This document shows, piece by piece, positions 17,345-27,606 of a stretch of 64,000 bases of DNA; positions within the stretch are counted from its first letter, which is position 1, and each line of letters begins with the position of its first letter. Below the pieces are notes generated by a model that had not been told where the DNA came from, made no database searches, and saw only the letters and a list, made by a program, of their open reading frames with translations. The translations under genes were made by a program, and so were the position numbers. This DNA is from an uncultured virus (IMG/VR IMGVR_UViG_3300042392_001468) (Duplodnaviria > Heunggongvirae > Uroviricota > Caudoviricetes): IMG/VR virus record IMGVR_UViG_3300042392_001468, one strand, 5' to 3'.

Positions 17345-19341
17345 TATGCGTTCGGCACCGACAGAAACCGGGGGTATCCGTCAATGTCAATGTCCAGAGG
17401 ATCGGTCGTGCCGTTGCCAGAAGTCAGCAGGCCGGAAGAGCGCCGCGTCATCACGGTCAGATTGTTGTTGGCACCGGGCCTGATCTGGATGCCCGATGAG
17501 CCAATGTAGGGGTACTCCGCACCGGAGGTGTTCACCATCTTTGGCCCTGACAGCGTGAGGGTGTCGCCTGCCGGGATTGGTGGTGGCGTGACACCGACCA
17601 AAGACGAAACGCGGAAGTCCCGCAGCTTGCGCTCCATAGTCGGTGTCGAAAGGCTGTACTGGTCAATCAGTCCGACCTTGGCGCTTGAAACATTGCCTAG
17701 CGTTGCGCCAGAAGCCAGGTCAGCGTCCTGGCCTGACGCATACTGAGATGCGCCCCCGAAGGCAACTTCGATATACCAGCGCCCGTCTGCGGTCATCTGA
17801 ATATTCCAGTCAGCGGTAAATCCCGAAAGTGCGGACGGAACGACCTCACCTGCCCACAGTGTTTTGTAGGTGCCACCTACTCGCTTCTGAAGATAGGGCC
17901 GGGCGTTGAAATGTAGTCCCGTGCCGTCGTTGATCCACCCAGCCCAGGCAAAGTTATTGGAATCCACATAGCGAGCCACAGCCCCTGTCAGAAGTCCGCC
18001 CGTGCCGAGTGAGACACCATTGGACGGTCTGAGGGTTTCTGATTGCCAGCGCAGGTCAAGGTCAATCGGATTGCCAGTGCCTGCGGTGGCGATGACGGGT
18101 GTGCTCATTGAAACTGGTGTGCGTGTTGCGCCAGAAGAGGAAACCGTCCAGCCGCTTGCCACAGTTGACCAGGAGCCGCTGCCAAGGTCAAAGCTCTTCG
18201 CGTTGAGCTCTCTGGAAATCAGGACACTTAGCGAATCTCGAAGCGTCACCGCTCCGTTGAGCTGCTTGCCAGCTGCCGGGCCGGTGATCTCCACGACTGA
18301 ATCCGCAGGCACCAGCACTAAGTCCTTGAAAGACACGGTGCCAGTGGTTTCAATCCAGCCTGTCCACGAGCTGCCCGTGAGCACTTCCCCCAGGTAGGCA
18401 TCCGTCACTCCTGAGTTGTTGACGGTGGCTGAAGGGTTAGTGCGCCGTGAGCCACCAGACTCAGCCCATGTCAGCCGGACAGAGCCGCCGGTCGCGCTCG
18501 ATGACGTGGCTTCTGAGAGGTAGACCTTGAATGCGCCGGTCCTGCTCTGAGAAGGCAGCGATGCTGAAACCGTCCACACGGTCGAGGTCGTTGTGATGAC
18601 ACCGGAAGCCAGTGATCCGGCCACTAGGGTCATGGCGGATGTGGCTACATTGGCAGCCGTTGAAGCCTCGCCCTCCTTGATTCCGACAATCACCCGAGAG
18701 CGGACACGGTTCGGTGAGGCTACGTCTTTGAGCTTGAGCCGCAGCCAGGGTGAAACCTCGCCTGCGCCGCCTGCCACCGTAGCGATAGCGGCGAACGGTG
18801 TGCCGGATGTGGTGGCATCTAGGAAGCTGGTCGTGAAAGGCGTAGTGCCTGTGGTGCCGTAAGCGAACGGGTCACATACAAACCTGAGCGTGACCACGGG
18901 CCGGTTGATAAACCAGCCCGCAGATTCGCCGTCAAGGGTTTTCGGCAGGTCGGTGATCTCTGCCGTCAGCACAATCAGCGAGTAAGACTGCGTTGCGCCG
19001 GCGGGCGTGTAGACCAGCCGCACCAGATCCGTCACAGGGTTCGTCCAATCACCTGCGGCCAGCCGCTCGGCTGACTCCAGCACCTTCTCGACAGCGGCGA
19101 TTGAGTTGAGCGCCGCGTTCATGTTGGCCGCATCCAGCAGCCTGATCCTTGCCGTGACCTCGCGGGTTCCCTTTGGCGACACCCTGGCAGGCACAGCCCC
19201 GTCAGCGTCAAGGGAAGAAACCAGATCCTCTCGACGTTCTGGGTTGCCCAGCTCGAGAACTTCCATGCCCCATTTCGTGCCGTCGTTGAGAGCAATGGCT
19301 GATCCCGTAGGTGGTGTCAGCGTCAGGGTTTCAAGTGCCAT
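17344..19341 (-). CDS. distal tail (Dit-like) / minor tail protein
   Basis: Directly after the TMP; L.F.CDPFAYG motif; Ser/Thr-rich inserted domains. Confidence 0.7.
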   Translation of the reverse strand: MALETLTLTPPTGSAIALNDGTKWGMEVLELGNPERREDLVSSLDADGAVPARVSPKGTREVTARIRLLDAANMNAALNSIAAVEKVLESAERLAAGDWTNPVTDLVRLVYTPAGATQSYSLIVLTAEITDLPKTLDGESAGWFINRPVVTLRFVCDPFAYGTTGTTPFTTSFLDATTSGTPFAAIATVAGGAGEVSPWLRLKLKDVASPNRVRSRVIVGIKEGEASTAANVATSAMTLVAGSLASGVITTTSTVWTVSASLPSQSRTGAFKVYLSEATSSSATGGSVRLTWAESGGSRRTNPSATVNNSGVTDAYLGEVLTGSSWTGWIETTGTVSFKDLVLVPADSVVEITGPAAGKQLNGAVTLRDSLSVLISRELNAKSFDLGSGSWSTVASGWTVSSSGATRTPVSMSTPVIATAGTGNPIDLDLRWQSETLRPSNGVSLGTGGLLTGAVARYVDSNNFAWAGWINDGTGLHFNARPYLQKRVGGTYKTLWAGEVVPSALSGFTADWNIQMTADGRWYIEVAFGGASQYASGQDADLASGATLGNVSSAKVGLIDQYSLSTPTMERKLRDFRVSSLVGVTPPPIPAGDTLTLSGPKMVNTSGAEYPYIGSSGIQIRPGANNNLTVMTRRSSGLLTSGNGTTDPLDIDIDGYPRFLSVPNA

Positions 19342-22300
19342 CAGTAACGGACTCCTAAGGGTTGAGTGACAGAAGTGCGCTTGCCGACGATCTGGCCTGA
19401 GATAACGTCAGACAGCATCCGCAGTGCCTCACGGGAGGATGTGGCTTGAACAGATGATTGGAGCTGGTTCTGCTCCTTGATGGCCTCGGCCAGTTCCTTC
19501 ATCGCAGTAGCCAGGTCAACCGATGCTTCTGAGCCGCCCTTCAATGTGGCGATTTCAGACTCAGCACTGGCAGCCGTGGTCAGCGCATTGGTGCGGGTTT
19601 CCGGTGAGCTCCCGAGCCTGTTGAGTCTTGCCCGAGCCGCTTTGCGGGCAGCCTTTGATGCGTTCTTATTCTTGACAGTTGCCCTGTCCCTAGCCCGTTC
19701 CTCTGCTGAGTAGTTCTTCAGGAAGTTGGATGTGCGCCTGGCTGTCTTCAGCGCGTTGTTGCGAATGCCGGTCTGAAGCGCCAGCTGGCCAGAGCGCACC
19801 GCATCATCGTCTGCGCTGCCAGCAGTGCCCTCGGCAATGGTGGCTGCCCTTTCGTAGATGGCAACCTTGTCCTCCATCGAGAGGCCAGGCATGGTCAGCA
19901 GCTTCTTGATGCTTTCCGGCAGATTCTTGAAGCCAGGCAGCCCCTTGAAGCTAGATGCGCTCGGTCTTGTTGGAGCGTTGGCTGGAGCGTTGTCTGGTGC
20001 GGCCTGACCGATGCCAGCGCCGGCCTGCTTGGTGAGCCCGGTTGCTTTCCTGCCGGCCCTTCCAGCGCCACCGACGTTGCCTGCTCTTGCGAGCCTCAGT
20101 GATTGCTTGGCTGCCTTGATCGCAGCCTTGACCTTGCCACGGGTGCCGGGCTTGCCACCGTTTTCCTTGAACCTCTTGCCGACAGCGTTGGCACGCCGGA
20201 CCTTCCTACGGGCTCCACCCTTGGCCTTGTCCTGCGCCTCGTCTGAGTAGATCAGATCCCAATAGAACTCCTTGTCAAACCTGCCGCCGGAAAACCCTGA
20301 ATAGCGCCCGTTGTTGTAGGCAGACCATGCGCCGATTCCCTCACGGTTGAGAATCTCCTTGGCATAGAGCGCATTCTGGATCGGGTTCAGCATCCCTGAG
20401 ACTGGCTTGCCGTGAATGCTGTTGATCTGCCAGAGGCCGTAGTCCACAGAGCCGTCAGAGTTCAGGCCAGCGTTGTTGAGCTTCGCGTTGCCACCGGACT
20501 CGGCCTGGGCAATCTGAGTCATGAGCCCAGGGTTAGACATGCCGACAGCGGATGCCAGTGTGTGGAGCTGGTTTGGACCCCACTGCTTTCTGTTCTTCAT
20601 CGGTGACTTGGATGTGACCTTGCCGCCGTTGCGTAGTGCTACGTGGACGTGATCGAAATGGTCAGCCTCGGCATAGGGAGCAGTCCTGGCACCGTTCTTG
20701 ATTGCCCAGCCCAGCGGGGTATAGATCAGCTCCAGCAGGTGCTGCCCAAAGTTGGTGCCTACGTAGTTGGCAAACTTGAACATCTCTGCCGTGGGTCCGT
20801 CTGAGTTGGAGAAGTCCCTTGCGCGGTTCACGCCGTGGTAGCCGTCATCACCTGCGCGATAGCCAGAGGTCGTGTCGAGGCCGAACTTGGCAGCCAGCTT
20901 CTCCATACCTTGAAGGCTGGGCTTCAGGCGCTCGATCCACTTCTGGGCTTGTGACTTGCCACGGTCAATCGCGGCCTGGCCTGTGGCGGTGGGAACCCGA
21001 GCGCCTCCGCTTAGCTTCGGGCTGGGCAGATTGCCAACCATGCCGCCGCCACCGAAATGTGGAGCCTGCCTGCGTAGCGCCTCAGTCTCGGAAGCACCTG
21101 ATGCCAAGCGTCGCTGACCGTCTGAGGTAAATACCTTCGCCCCAATCGGCAGGTACATCAGCACTGAGTCGCGTGGCTCGGGTCGTCCCGGCACATACAT
21201 CTCACGGCTCTTGTAAGAAATCAGCTCACCGGGCGACACGGCAGCCGGCACGAGCCTCTTGGAACCAGGCTGAGAGAGTTCGCCACCACGACGGAAGGAA
21301 AGGCTCACCTTCTGATTGGAGCCGAACGCATCCGCTGCGGTGTTCGCGCTGTTTGCCAGCGACTGGTAAGCCGTGCGGACTGGTCCCGGCACCGATGATG
21401 CCGACCGCTTGATGCGGTTGTGAGCCTTGACCGCTGAGCTCGCCATTTCGTCAAACTTATTGCCGGTGTCCTTTGCCGTCTTGTCAACGCCTGAAAGTCC
21501 GCTGGCTGCGCCCTGCTGGATCTTGCGCCACATGTCGGGTCCAAAGCGCCGGATGAACTTGGACCGGAGCTTCTGAAGTGTGCCGTCAGGCAGCTTGCCT
21601 TTCGCGTCGAGCTCACGGGCGTAGGCCAGCATGGATGCTCCAGCGGTCTGCCTGGCCGCTGGTGTCATCTTGTTCAGCCGCTGGATGAATCCACGGATGT
21701 TGACTTGGTTGACCGAACGGGCTTTCGTCCATCCATTAGCAATGCCACGGGCGATGCCGACTGGATCGCCTGAAGCCATGAGCTTTTGCCGTCTGGCGAT
21801 AATGTCTTGAATGCGCTTGATGCCTTCGCGGGTGAGCTTGCCGCCCTTTGAGTAGGCATCTCGGGTCGCTTGGATCTGAGCGTTGAGAGTCCCTTCCACT
21901 GCGCTACGCCACTGCGGGGTATATCTGTTGTAGGTCTGGGAGATGCTCTGAAGTTGACGATCTACTACTGCCCGAAGGTCGGGACCGATCAGCTGACCAG
22001 AGCTAATCGTTTCCATGCCGCTCTGAATACTTGCTGCTTGCTGATTCTGCCTGCCGACCCTTGACGCACCGATGATGTTTTGTATTTCATTCCGTTGTTT
22101 CCTAGTTAGGTCGAGCTGCTCAGCTAGTGAATTAGCTTGGCCCTTCAGCACCTGATACCGCTCCCTATTCGCGGTGCCGATTTCGTTCAGCGTGTCTTTC
22201 AGGTCGTGAGCAATGTCACCCTGCTGTGAGAGTCCTCCTTGATTGAGAAACTCCAGCGGCCCCCCGTCGCCGCCACCCAAAGCTCGTGACATCGTGCCCA

Positions 22301-23636
22301 GCACACCCTTGCCCCTGTTGTCAATCTCATCCAAACGGCTGAGTACATCTCCCCCGCTTCGATTGAAGGCAGCGTTGGCTATTTCAAGCCCGCCGAACAG
22401 TGCCGTTACCGCTGCTCCAGTTTTGGCAAAACTCTTGACCTTGCTTAGCAATCCACCAGCGGCAGCAGCGGCACCAGCGGCACCAGCGGCACCAGCCCCC
22501 CCCGCAGCACCACCAGCCAATCCACCAGCCGCGCCAGTGGCGGCAGCCCCGCCGAAGATAGTGCCAAAGACTTTGCCCGCCGCAGCTATCGCAGCGACTC
22601 CACCGAATGACCGCAGCACAAAGGCTGTCAGGGCCACCTTCCCGAGCAGGCCGGTTTCCATAAAGGCTTTCCCGATGCCTTTGGCCAGCGCCACTCCGAT
22701 CTCGCCCGCGCCTTGCGCTATCTGCGGGGCAAGGTCGGTCACGAGTTTCACAACGTCCTGCTGAAGTTTCTGGAACTCACCACGGAGCCTGGTCAGTTTC
22801 TGTGCCCGTGTCAGCTCGCCTGAGTTGATGATCTTGACAAACTCACCGAACTTGTCGAGCGCGGCAGTAATGGCAGGCGTGGCATGTTTAGCAAACGCAA
22901 TCTGGAGCCCCATGCCAGCGACCTCCGCCCGTCGCTGTGCGTTGGTGAAGTCGCTCATTGCGTCTACGGTGTCGCCGCCCATCGTCGCGCCGAACTCATC
23001 AGCCCACCGCAGCTGCTCCTGAAGTCCGGCTGCGCCCTTTGAGAACATCGGAAGAATGGTCTGATAGCCCCGTCCGAGAATCTTGGAAGCTGCGGCCTGC
23101 CTGGTGGATGAACCTTCAGCCTTGCCGAGCGCGTCAGCGACCAGCAGAATCTGCTTCGAGAAGTTGCCGCCGGTCTTTGTCAGGTCGGCCTGCGTGATGC
23201 CAAGCGCAGCAAAGGGCTTCAGGGAAGATTCGGTGCCGGCCTTCGCACCCTCAACGGCTTTGGAAAGTGAAGTGAAGCCCATCGTCAGGGCTTTGGAGTC
23301 AACGCCCCTGGCTCTCGTTACGGCAGCCCAGCGTGAAGCCTCCTTCGTAGCCATGCCAAGGTTCCGCTCCAGCCCCATCGTCGCCAGGGCCAGCTCCTGC
23401 GTTGTGACGATTGCCTGTTTTGCCTGTGCCACAGACAAGTATGCGGCCACCGCACCTCCAGCAGCGGCAGCCGCACCTAAAAACGATGACCGCAGACGAT
23501 CAGTTGCCCTAGATCCGACACCAGCGGACTTCGACAACCCGCCAGTCTCTTTCGTGACACGACGCATTCCGGCGCTAACGCCAGATGTGTCCATGCCCAT
23601 AATGATCTCAAGAGCGCGTGAGCGTCTTGCCGCCAT
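19341..23636 (-). CDS. tape measure protein with peptidase-like and lytic transglycosylase domains
   Basis: 1431 aa, Ala/Gly-rich helical; YH...ARDF...HFDHVH; AESGGN...DYGLWQIN...W. Confidence 0.92.
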   Translation of the reverse strand: MAARRSRALEIIMGMDTSGVSAGMRRVTKETGGLSKSAGVGSRATDRLRSSFLGAAAAAGGAVAAYLSVAQAKQAIVTTQELALATMGLERNLGMATKEASRWAAVTRARGVDSKALTMGFTSLSKAVEGAKAGTESSLKPFAALGITQADLTKTGGNFSKQILLVADALGKAEGSSTRQAAASKILGRGYQTILPMFSKGAAGLQEQLRWADEFGATMGGDTVDAMSDFTNAQRRAEVAGMGLQIAFAKHATPAITAALDKFGEFVKIINSGELTRAQKLTRLRGEFQKLQQDVVKLVTDLAPQIAQGAGEIGVALAKGIGKAFMETGLLGKVALTAFVLRSFGGVAAIAAAGKVFGTIFGGAAATGAAGGLAGGAAGGAGAAGAAGAAAAAGGLLSKVKSFAKTGAAVTALFGGLEIANAAFNRSGGDVLSRLDEIDNRGKGVLGTMSRALGGGDGGPLEFLNQGGLSQQGDIAHDLKDTLNEIGTANRERYQVLKGQANSLAEQLDLTRKQRNEIQNIIGASRVGRQNQQAASIQSGMETISSGQLIGPDLRAVVDRQLQSISQTYNRYTPQWRSAVEGTLNAQIQATRDAYSKGGKLTREGIKRIQDIIARRQKLMASGDPVGIARGIANGWTKARSVNQVNIRGFIQRLNKMTPAARQTAGASMLAYARELDAKGKLPDGTLQKLRSKFIRRFGPDMWRKIQQGAASGLSGVDKTAKDTGNKFDEMASSAVKAHNRIKRSASSVPGPVRTAYQSLANSANTAADAFGSNQKVSLSFRRGGELSQPGSKRLVPAAVSPGELISYKSREMYVPGRPEPRDSVLMYLPIGAKVFTSDGQRRLASGASETEALRRQAPHFGGGGMVGNLPSPKLSGGARVPTATGQAAIDRGKSQAQKWIERLKPSLQGMEKLAAKFGLDTTSGYRAGDDGYHGVNRARDFSNSDGPTAEMFKFANYVGTNFGQHLLELIYTPLGWAIKNGARTAPYAEADHFDHVHVALRNGGKVTSKSPMKNRKQWGPNQLHTLASAVGMSNPGLMTQIAQAESGGNAKLNNAGLNSDGSVDYGLWQINSIHGKPVSGMLNPIQNALYAKEILNREGIGAWSAYNNGRYSGFSGGRFDKEFYWDLIYSDEAQDKAKGGARRKVRRANAVGKRFKENGGKPGTRGKVKAAIKAAKQSLRLARAGNVGGAGRAGRKATGLTKQAGAGIGQAAPDNAPANAPTRPSASSFKGLPGFKNLPESIKKLLTMPGLSMEDKVAIYERAATIAEGTAGSADDDAVRSGQLALQTGIRNNALKTARRTSNFLKNYSAEERARDRATVKNKNASKAARKAARARLNRLGSSPETRTNALTTAASAESEIATLKGGSEASVDLATAMKELAEAIKEQNQLQSSVQATSSREALRMLSDVISGQIVGKRTSVTQPLGVRY

Positions 23637-24117
23637 CAGTCACCTCCAGATAGCTCCTGGCGTATTCCGTCCAGGAGAAGTTCAAGTTCCCACAGCGCAA
23701 GGTTTTCGGCCTCCGCTACGGACAAACCGCAGTAGCGACGCAGCAGGAAATACTCCTGCCGCTCGCTCCTGCTCAGGTAGGGCGTTCTGAACGAAGCGCA
23801 GAGATGCGCTCGAACAGCATCTCAACATGCCCGTAGCCGATTTCGTCGGCCTTGTACTTCTGGCGCACGACGGTCTTGGCGTGAATCTTCTTGCCGTCCT
23901 CGTCACCGATTGGCTCAAGCAGAACGTCCAGCAGCTCAGCCAGTGCCTCGAGCGCCGCGTCCTCGCCTGCCTCATCGTCAAGCGCCTCCAGATTCTTGAA
24001 GGCTTCCTCTACCTTCCGCTCAACCGCCCTGGTGGGCTGGCGTACGGAAAACTTCGGACCCCACAGATCAACCTCAATCGGATCGAACAGATCAGTGGCT
24101 GCGTTCAGTGTTTTCAT
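23636..24117 (-). CDS. tail assembly chaperone, frameshifted long (GT-type) form
   Basis: -1 frame after CGC CCT ACC TGA reads PYLSRSERQEYFLLRRYCGLSVAEAENLALWELELLLDGIRQELSGGD* and ends in a TGATG overlap with the TMP. Confidence 0.7.
23773..24117 (-). CDS. tail assembly chaperone (G-type short form)
   Basis: Acidic 114 aa protein upstream of the TMP. Confidence 0.75.
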   Translation of the reverse strand: MKTLNAATDLFDPIEVDLWGPKFSVRQPTRAVERKVEEAFKNLEALDDEAGEDAALEALAELLDVLLEPIGDEDGKKIHAKTVVRQKYKADEIGYGHVEMLFERISALRSERPT

Positions 24118-24152
24118 TTGTGACTCACTTTCATTCGACAGTTCTCAACAGT

Positions 24153-24195
24153 CGTGCCGAGCCCCCGCCCTGTCGAGACGACGGGGGCCGGCACG
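24153..24195. promoter_or_regulatory. strong GC hairpin between neck-like gene and chaperone
   Basis: CGTGCCG.GCCCCCG ... CGGGGGC.CGGCACG; the T-tract is on the + side only. Confidence 0.5.
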
Positions 24196-24211
24196 TTTTG
24201 GAAATCTCTAG

Positions 24212-24739
24212 TCAGTCGTCAAAGCCGTTGATGCGGGCAAGGTGGTCAACCATGTCCATGAGTTCCTGCTCCATCTCCGGCCTGCGCCTGAGCACAGCCT
24301 TCCCGAGCATCTGAGAGCGCGGGATGGTCATAGGCGGCACGCCGAACTCGGCCCGTGGCCTGATCCGACCGTCCGCCTGGCCCCTTGCGCCCCATTCGTG
24401 CGCGGGTGCGTAGGGAAGATCGGAATACAAAGACATTTGCCTGGCCTTGACAGACAGGCGGATTGAACGCTGAAGAGTCCCAGGCCGGTGCTTCTTGCCT
24501 TTGGACTGGTACGGCTTGCCAATGGGCGTGAGCTTCTTGGCCTCACCCTGCGTTTTCTTTCCGATCTCTCGCAGGTACTTTGTGAGCTCCTTTGCGAGTC
24601 CTTCGTCAATCTTCTTCAGATCGCGCCGGAACTGTGCCAGCCCGACGATCTGGATGGCACGATCACGACTGGCCCCGCCCCCGCTCTTTGGTCGAGCGGG
24701 GGCAGAACCGTCACCCGTGCTGTGCGGGCGATAGGCCAT
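24212..24739 (-). CDS. HK97 gp10-like neck / tail-completion protein
   Basis: I.GL..F.RDL...AK.LTP...G.L.RSI...YA..HEWG. Confidence 0.75.
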   Translation of the reverse strand: MAYRPHSTGDGSAPARPKSGGGASRDRAIQIVGLAQFRRDLKKIDEGLAKELTKYLREIGKKTQGEAKKLTPIGKPYQSKGKKHRPGTLQRSIRLSVKARQMSLYSDLPYAPAHEWGARGQADGRIRPRAEFGVPPMTIPRSQMLGKAVLRRRPEMEQELMDMVDHLARINGFDD

Positions 24740-24741
24740 CG

Positions 24742-25731
24742 CTACAGAGCGGTGTCCGTATTCGTGTTCACGATGGTCATGGGGGCATCCGTGCCGTTCC
24801 ACAGTGCGCGGAACTCAACCTCGGAAGTGATGAGGTCGGGTCCGGCGACAACCGGGCTGGAGCTGATCTGCTTGGCAGCCGGTACTGTGATCTCGGTCTG
24901 GAAGTAGGACGAACCCTCGATGAGGGTGTTCCGTGCGCGGGCGACCAGGGCCACCAGCGACTCGTTCCTGAACCGGGTGTGATCGGCCAGTGAAGCGAAC
25001 TCCAGCGTGGCTGAGATTGCCAGCTCACTCTGAGCGTTCAGCAGCGGCTCATCCTTGACACCGGAGTTGCCCAGGTGGTAGCGGTCGGTGGACATGTTCA
25101 GCGGAACCGTGATGGTCAGCGAGCGAACATTGGCCTGAGCCGATCCACCTACTGTGATCGACCAGTCCTTGAAGCCGTAGGGCTTCGCGGATGCCGAGTA
25201 GGTCGGAGTGCCGAGCGTCTGACTGGTCTGCTCGTCGCGTCCGTCGATACTCAGGTTCAGCGTTGCCGCTTCGCCTGCTTCGATGGAGATGGTGGCTTCA
25301 GTGATCTTCGCGCCGGCGTAGTCGAATGGACGAACGGTGCCGGTGGTGTCGGGCCTGCCTACCTGAAACGAGACTGACTTGCCGACCGGAGAGGTCAGAC
25401 CAATCGGAAACGTCTGTGTGCGGGCGTTCGTCGCGCCGCTGGGTGTGACAGATGTGACAGCCGAGCCGGTGAGCAGGTTGAACAGCTTGCCCATTCCCCG
25501 GTCGTGAAGCAGCATCTCGACTGAGCCTTCAACCGAACGAGTGGAGCTGACGTGGTAGCCAGAAGGCTGAACCATGACTCCGGCCATGAGCGGCTGGTTG
25601 GCGATGTACTCCTGCGTGAGCGCAAGGCTCTCGCTCTCAAACGGCAGGTAGGTGGTGGGTGCCACCCTCGTTCCGTAGGTTGTTTCGTTGCCGATGCCGA
25701 GCTGGGCATCAAGTCCTGATCCGTGCGGCAT
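24742..25731 (-). CDS. major tail tube protein
   Basis: GSGL.AQLGI..ETTYGT...ESL pattern; ends NTDTAL. Confidence 0.85.
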   Translation of the reverse strand: MPHGSGLDAQLGIGNETTYGTRVAPTTYLPFESESLALTQEYIANQPLMAGVMVQPSGYHVSSTRSVEGSVEMLLHDRGMGKLFNLLTGSAVTSVTPSGATNARTQTFPIGLTSPVGKSVSFQVGRPDTTGTVRPFDYAGAKITEATISIEAGEAATLNLSIDGRDEQTSQTLGTPTYSASAKPYGFKDWSITVGGSAQANVRSLTITVPLNMSTDRYHLGNSGVKDEPLLNAQSELAISATLEFASLADHTRFRNESLVALVARARNTLIEGSSYFQTEITVPAAKQISSSPVVAGPDLITSEVEFRALWNGTDAPMTIVNTNTDTAL

Positions 25732-25898
25732 CAGACGTTCTCCTTCTTCTTAGCAGTGGTCTTGACTTCGATCCAGCCCTGCTCAACGAGCTTGGCTCCG
25801 ATCTCAGCCGGAACTTCGACAGCCTCGCCGCAGTCAGCCTTGATGCCGACTTCAGCGATTAGCAACGAGTCCGGCCCTTCTTCGTAGCGAACCTTCAC
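25731..25898 (-). CDS. small virion-associated protein (55 aa, not in the ORF track)
   Basis: GTG after AAAGGAG; MKVRYEEGP...GEAVEVPAEIG.KL.EQGW; TGATG overlap with the tail tube gene. Confidence 0.65.
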   Translation of the reverse strand: MKVRYEEGPDSLLIAEVGIKADCGEAVEVPAEIGAKLVEQGWIEVKTTAKKKENV

Positions 25899-25912
25899 GG
25901 TCGCTCCTTTCG

Positions 25913-26332
25913 TTAGATACGGGCCGTGCCCGTGAGCGTTGTCCTTATTCGACAGCCCTGGCCTTTGTCTGTCTGGAAAAACTCCCGCGTGCCTTTAGTC
26001 AGGCGGGCATCCCATGAGACTCCATCCAGGTGATGATCGCCGCGAACAGCAGCGTCAACGATTGCGAAGATTTCCCAGCACCTCGCGGCAGCTGGTTTCA
26101 TGTCCCTCCCAGATGGCGTGATCGCCTCCACGATCAGCTCTATCTGGAATGACTCTTCAAGCGGAACCTCCTGCGGTCCAAGCAGCCGAAAGCTCCGCTC
26201 AAAGTCTGCGCCGAAGATCGCCACGAGCTCCTTGGCCTCGGTGTAGCCGTAGACCACTTTGGTCGGCTCGTCCTCTAGCGCCTCAATCAGCACTTCCTCC
26301 AGATGGTTCTCGATTGTGGGGACTGCGCTCAT
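25913..26332 (-). CDS. tail terminator-like protein
   Basis: Position and size; ends ARI. Confidence 0.65.
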   Translation of the reverse strand: MSAVPTIENHLEEVLIEALEDEPTKVVYGYTEAKELVAIFGADFERSFRLLGPQEVPLEESFQIELIVEAITPSGRDMKPAAARCWEIFAIVDAAVRGDHHLDGVSWDARLTKGTREFFQTDKGQGCRIRTTLTGTARI

Positions 26333-26901
26333 ACGACTGGCGTGGCGTAGGCGTAGTCACTGACGATCTGGTTGACCTCGGGAATCGGGAAGATTGCGCC
26401 CCTGACTCCTGGCGTGACAAGCGACCATGCGGCCATCTCGGTTGTCTTGGAAGTGGCCCGCTCGTCAAAGTCAGTCGGGTCAATGGTCAGGTAGTGGCGG
26501 GTCAGCAGCAGCACCGCTCGCTTGATCGGCAGCGGTGTAACTTCCCAGCCGTGGCGATAGAGCACTGAATGCTTGCCATCGTCAAGCGGAATCAGGCCGT
26601 CTGGGTATGGGCCTTCGTTGACTTCCTCGTTGTCAACTTCGAGCACCTGGAGCACCCGTGGCATCTCCAGCAGAGCTATGTCATTTCGACCGAAGGCGAT
26701 TTCCTGCCGCTCGCGCTCAGTGAAGGCGACACCGCAGGCATCTTCCAGCCGAGCGGTGGCGGTGTCACGTGCGCTTTCAATCACTGGCTCGTCAAGATCC
26801 GTGAGCCCAATGTCAGCAATGAATGCTTCGACCTCTTCGACCGTGACCAGCGCCGCCTCGGTGAACTCGTTGTCCGGCTCGGAAATGATGATGTGACTCA
26901 T
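26329..26901 (-). CDS. head-tail adaptor protein
   Basis: VTVEEV...LE..CG.AF...Y.HG...P..IKRA.L...IPEV. Confidence 0.8.
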   Translation of the reverse strand: MSHIIISEPDNEFTEAALVTVEEVEAFIADIGLTDLDEPVIESARDTATARLEDACGVAFTERERQEIAFGRNDIALLEMPRVLQVLEVDNEEVNEGPYPDGLIPLDDGKHSVLYRHGWEVTPLPIKRAVLLLTRHYLTIDPTDFDERATSKTTEMAAWSLVTPGVRGAIFPIPEVNQIVSDYAYATPVV

Positions 26902-27245
26902 CAGACTTCCTCTGCGTCAAGCGAAGGTTCAATGACAATGGAGAGGTAGCCCGTGTTAGGGATGGTCTGATTCTGCCCAGCTCCCCAGTCAATGTCAGCC
27001 TCAGCGTTGTAGGTGCCGGGAAAGGCCGTATCGCCCGTTGCCGGGGTCCACGATATCCAGCCTTCTTCTGCGTCGTCAATCTCGCAGGGGTCAGTGGCAA
27101 TCCGCACTGAGTTGTCTGACTTGACCAGGTGAAGGATGACCTCCTCAGCCTCGGTCAGATCCACCGGCACAAGCGGTGAGCCCTGCCGCAGCTGAATGCG
27201 AAGAGGTGGAAATGTGTCGTTTTGTTTGAGCGTGTAATCAGCCAA
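26901..27245 (-). CDS. BppU-N-like Ig-fold virion protein
   Basis: KQNDT.P.L...VDLT...G...W...DT...G.Y.AE...T.P..GY. Confidence 0.7.
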   Translation of the reverse strand: MADYTLKQNDTFPPLRIQLRQGSPLVPVDLTEAEEVILHLVKSDNSVRIATDPCEIDDAEEGWISWTPATGDTAFPGTYNAEADIDWGAGQNQTIPNTGYLSIVIEPSLDAEEV

Positions 27246-27522
27246 GAATCAGAGCCTCCGATGTTCGGCTGTCAATATCCGAACGGGTAGAGATGGAAGT
27301 GACAAGACTTTGCGAAGCGTCGGCCTGCGGCAGCGCGTCCGAATCGCCGGAAGCCGGCTGGGTCTGTGAGAGCAGCGCGGCCATTGCCGCAAGCATGTCG
27401 TCAGCCTGCGGGATTCCTCTGGATGCGTCGGGTGTAAATACTGCCGTCGTGGGAGTACGGGGCAGCGGCATCCCTGGGTACAGCTGGGAGCTTGGATAGA
27501 GCCGGATTTCTGGGAAGAGCAT
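27238..27522 (-). CDS. small virion-associated protein with YP/LYP repeats
   Basis: AGGAGG RBS; LFP..LYPS..LYP. Confidence 0.6.
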   Translation of the reverse strand: MLFPEIRLYPSSQLYPGMPLPRTPTTAVFTPDASRGIPQADDMLAAMAALLSQTQPASGDSDALPQADASQSLVTSISTRSDIDSRTSEALILG

Positions 27523-27532
27523 GTGGCCTCCT

Positions 27533-27606
27533 AAGTTCTTGCGAAGGTCGCCCTGCTGCTAGCGGCAGTGATTCTTGCCCGGTAGTGCTGGAAGGTGAAA
27601 GCGCAT
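27533..27606 (-). pseudogene. degenerate 5' remnant of a GT4 paralog
   Basis: MRFHLPALPG identical to the 28870 start; 20-nt identity 27578-27597 / 28842-28861; frameshifted continuation ITAASSRATF resembles ITKANSTCAF. Confidence 0.75.
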
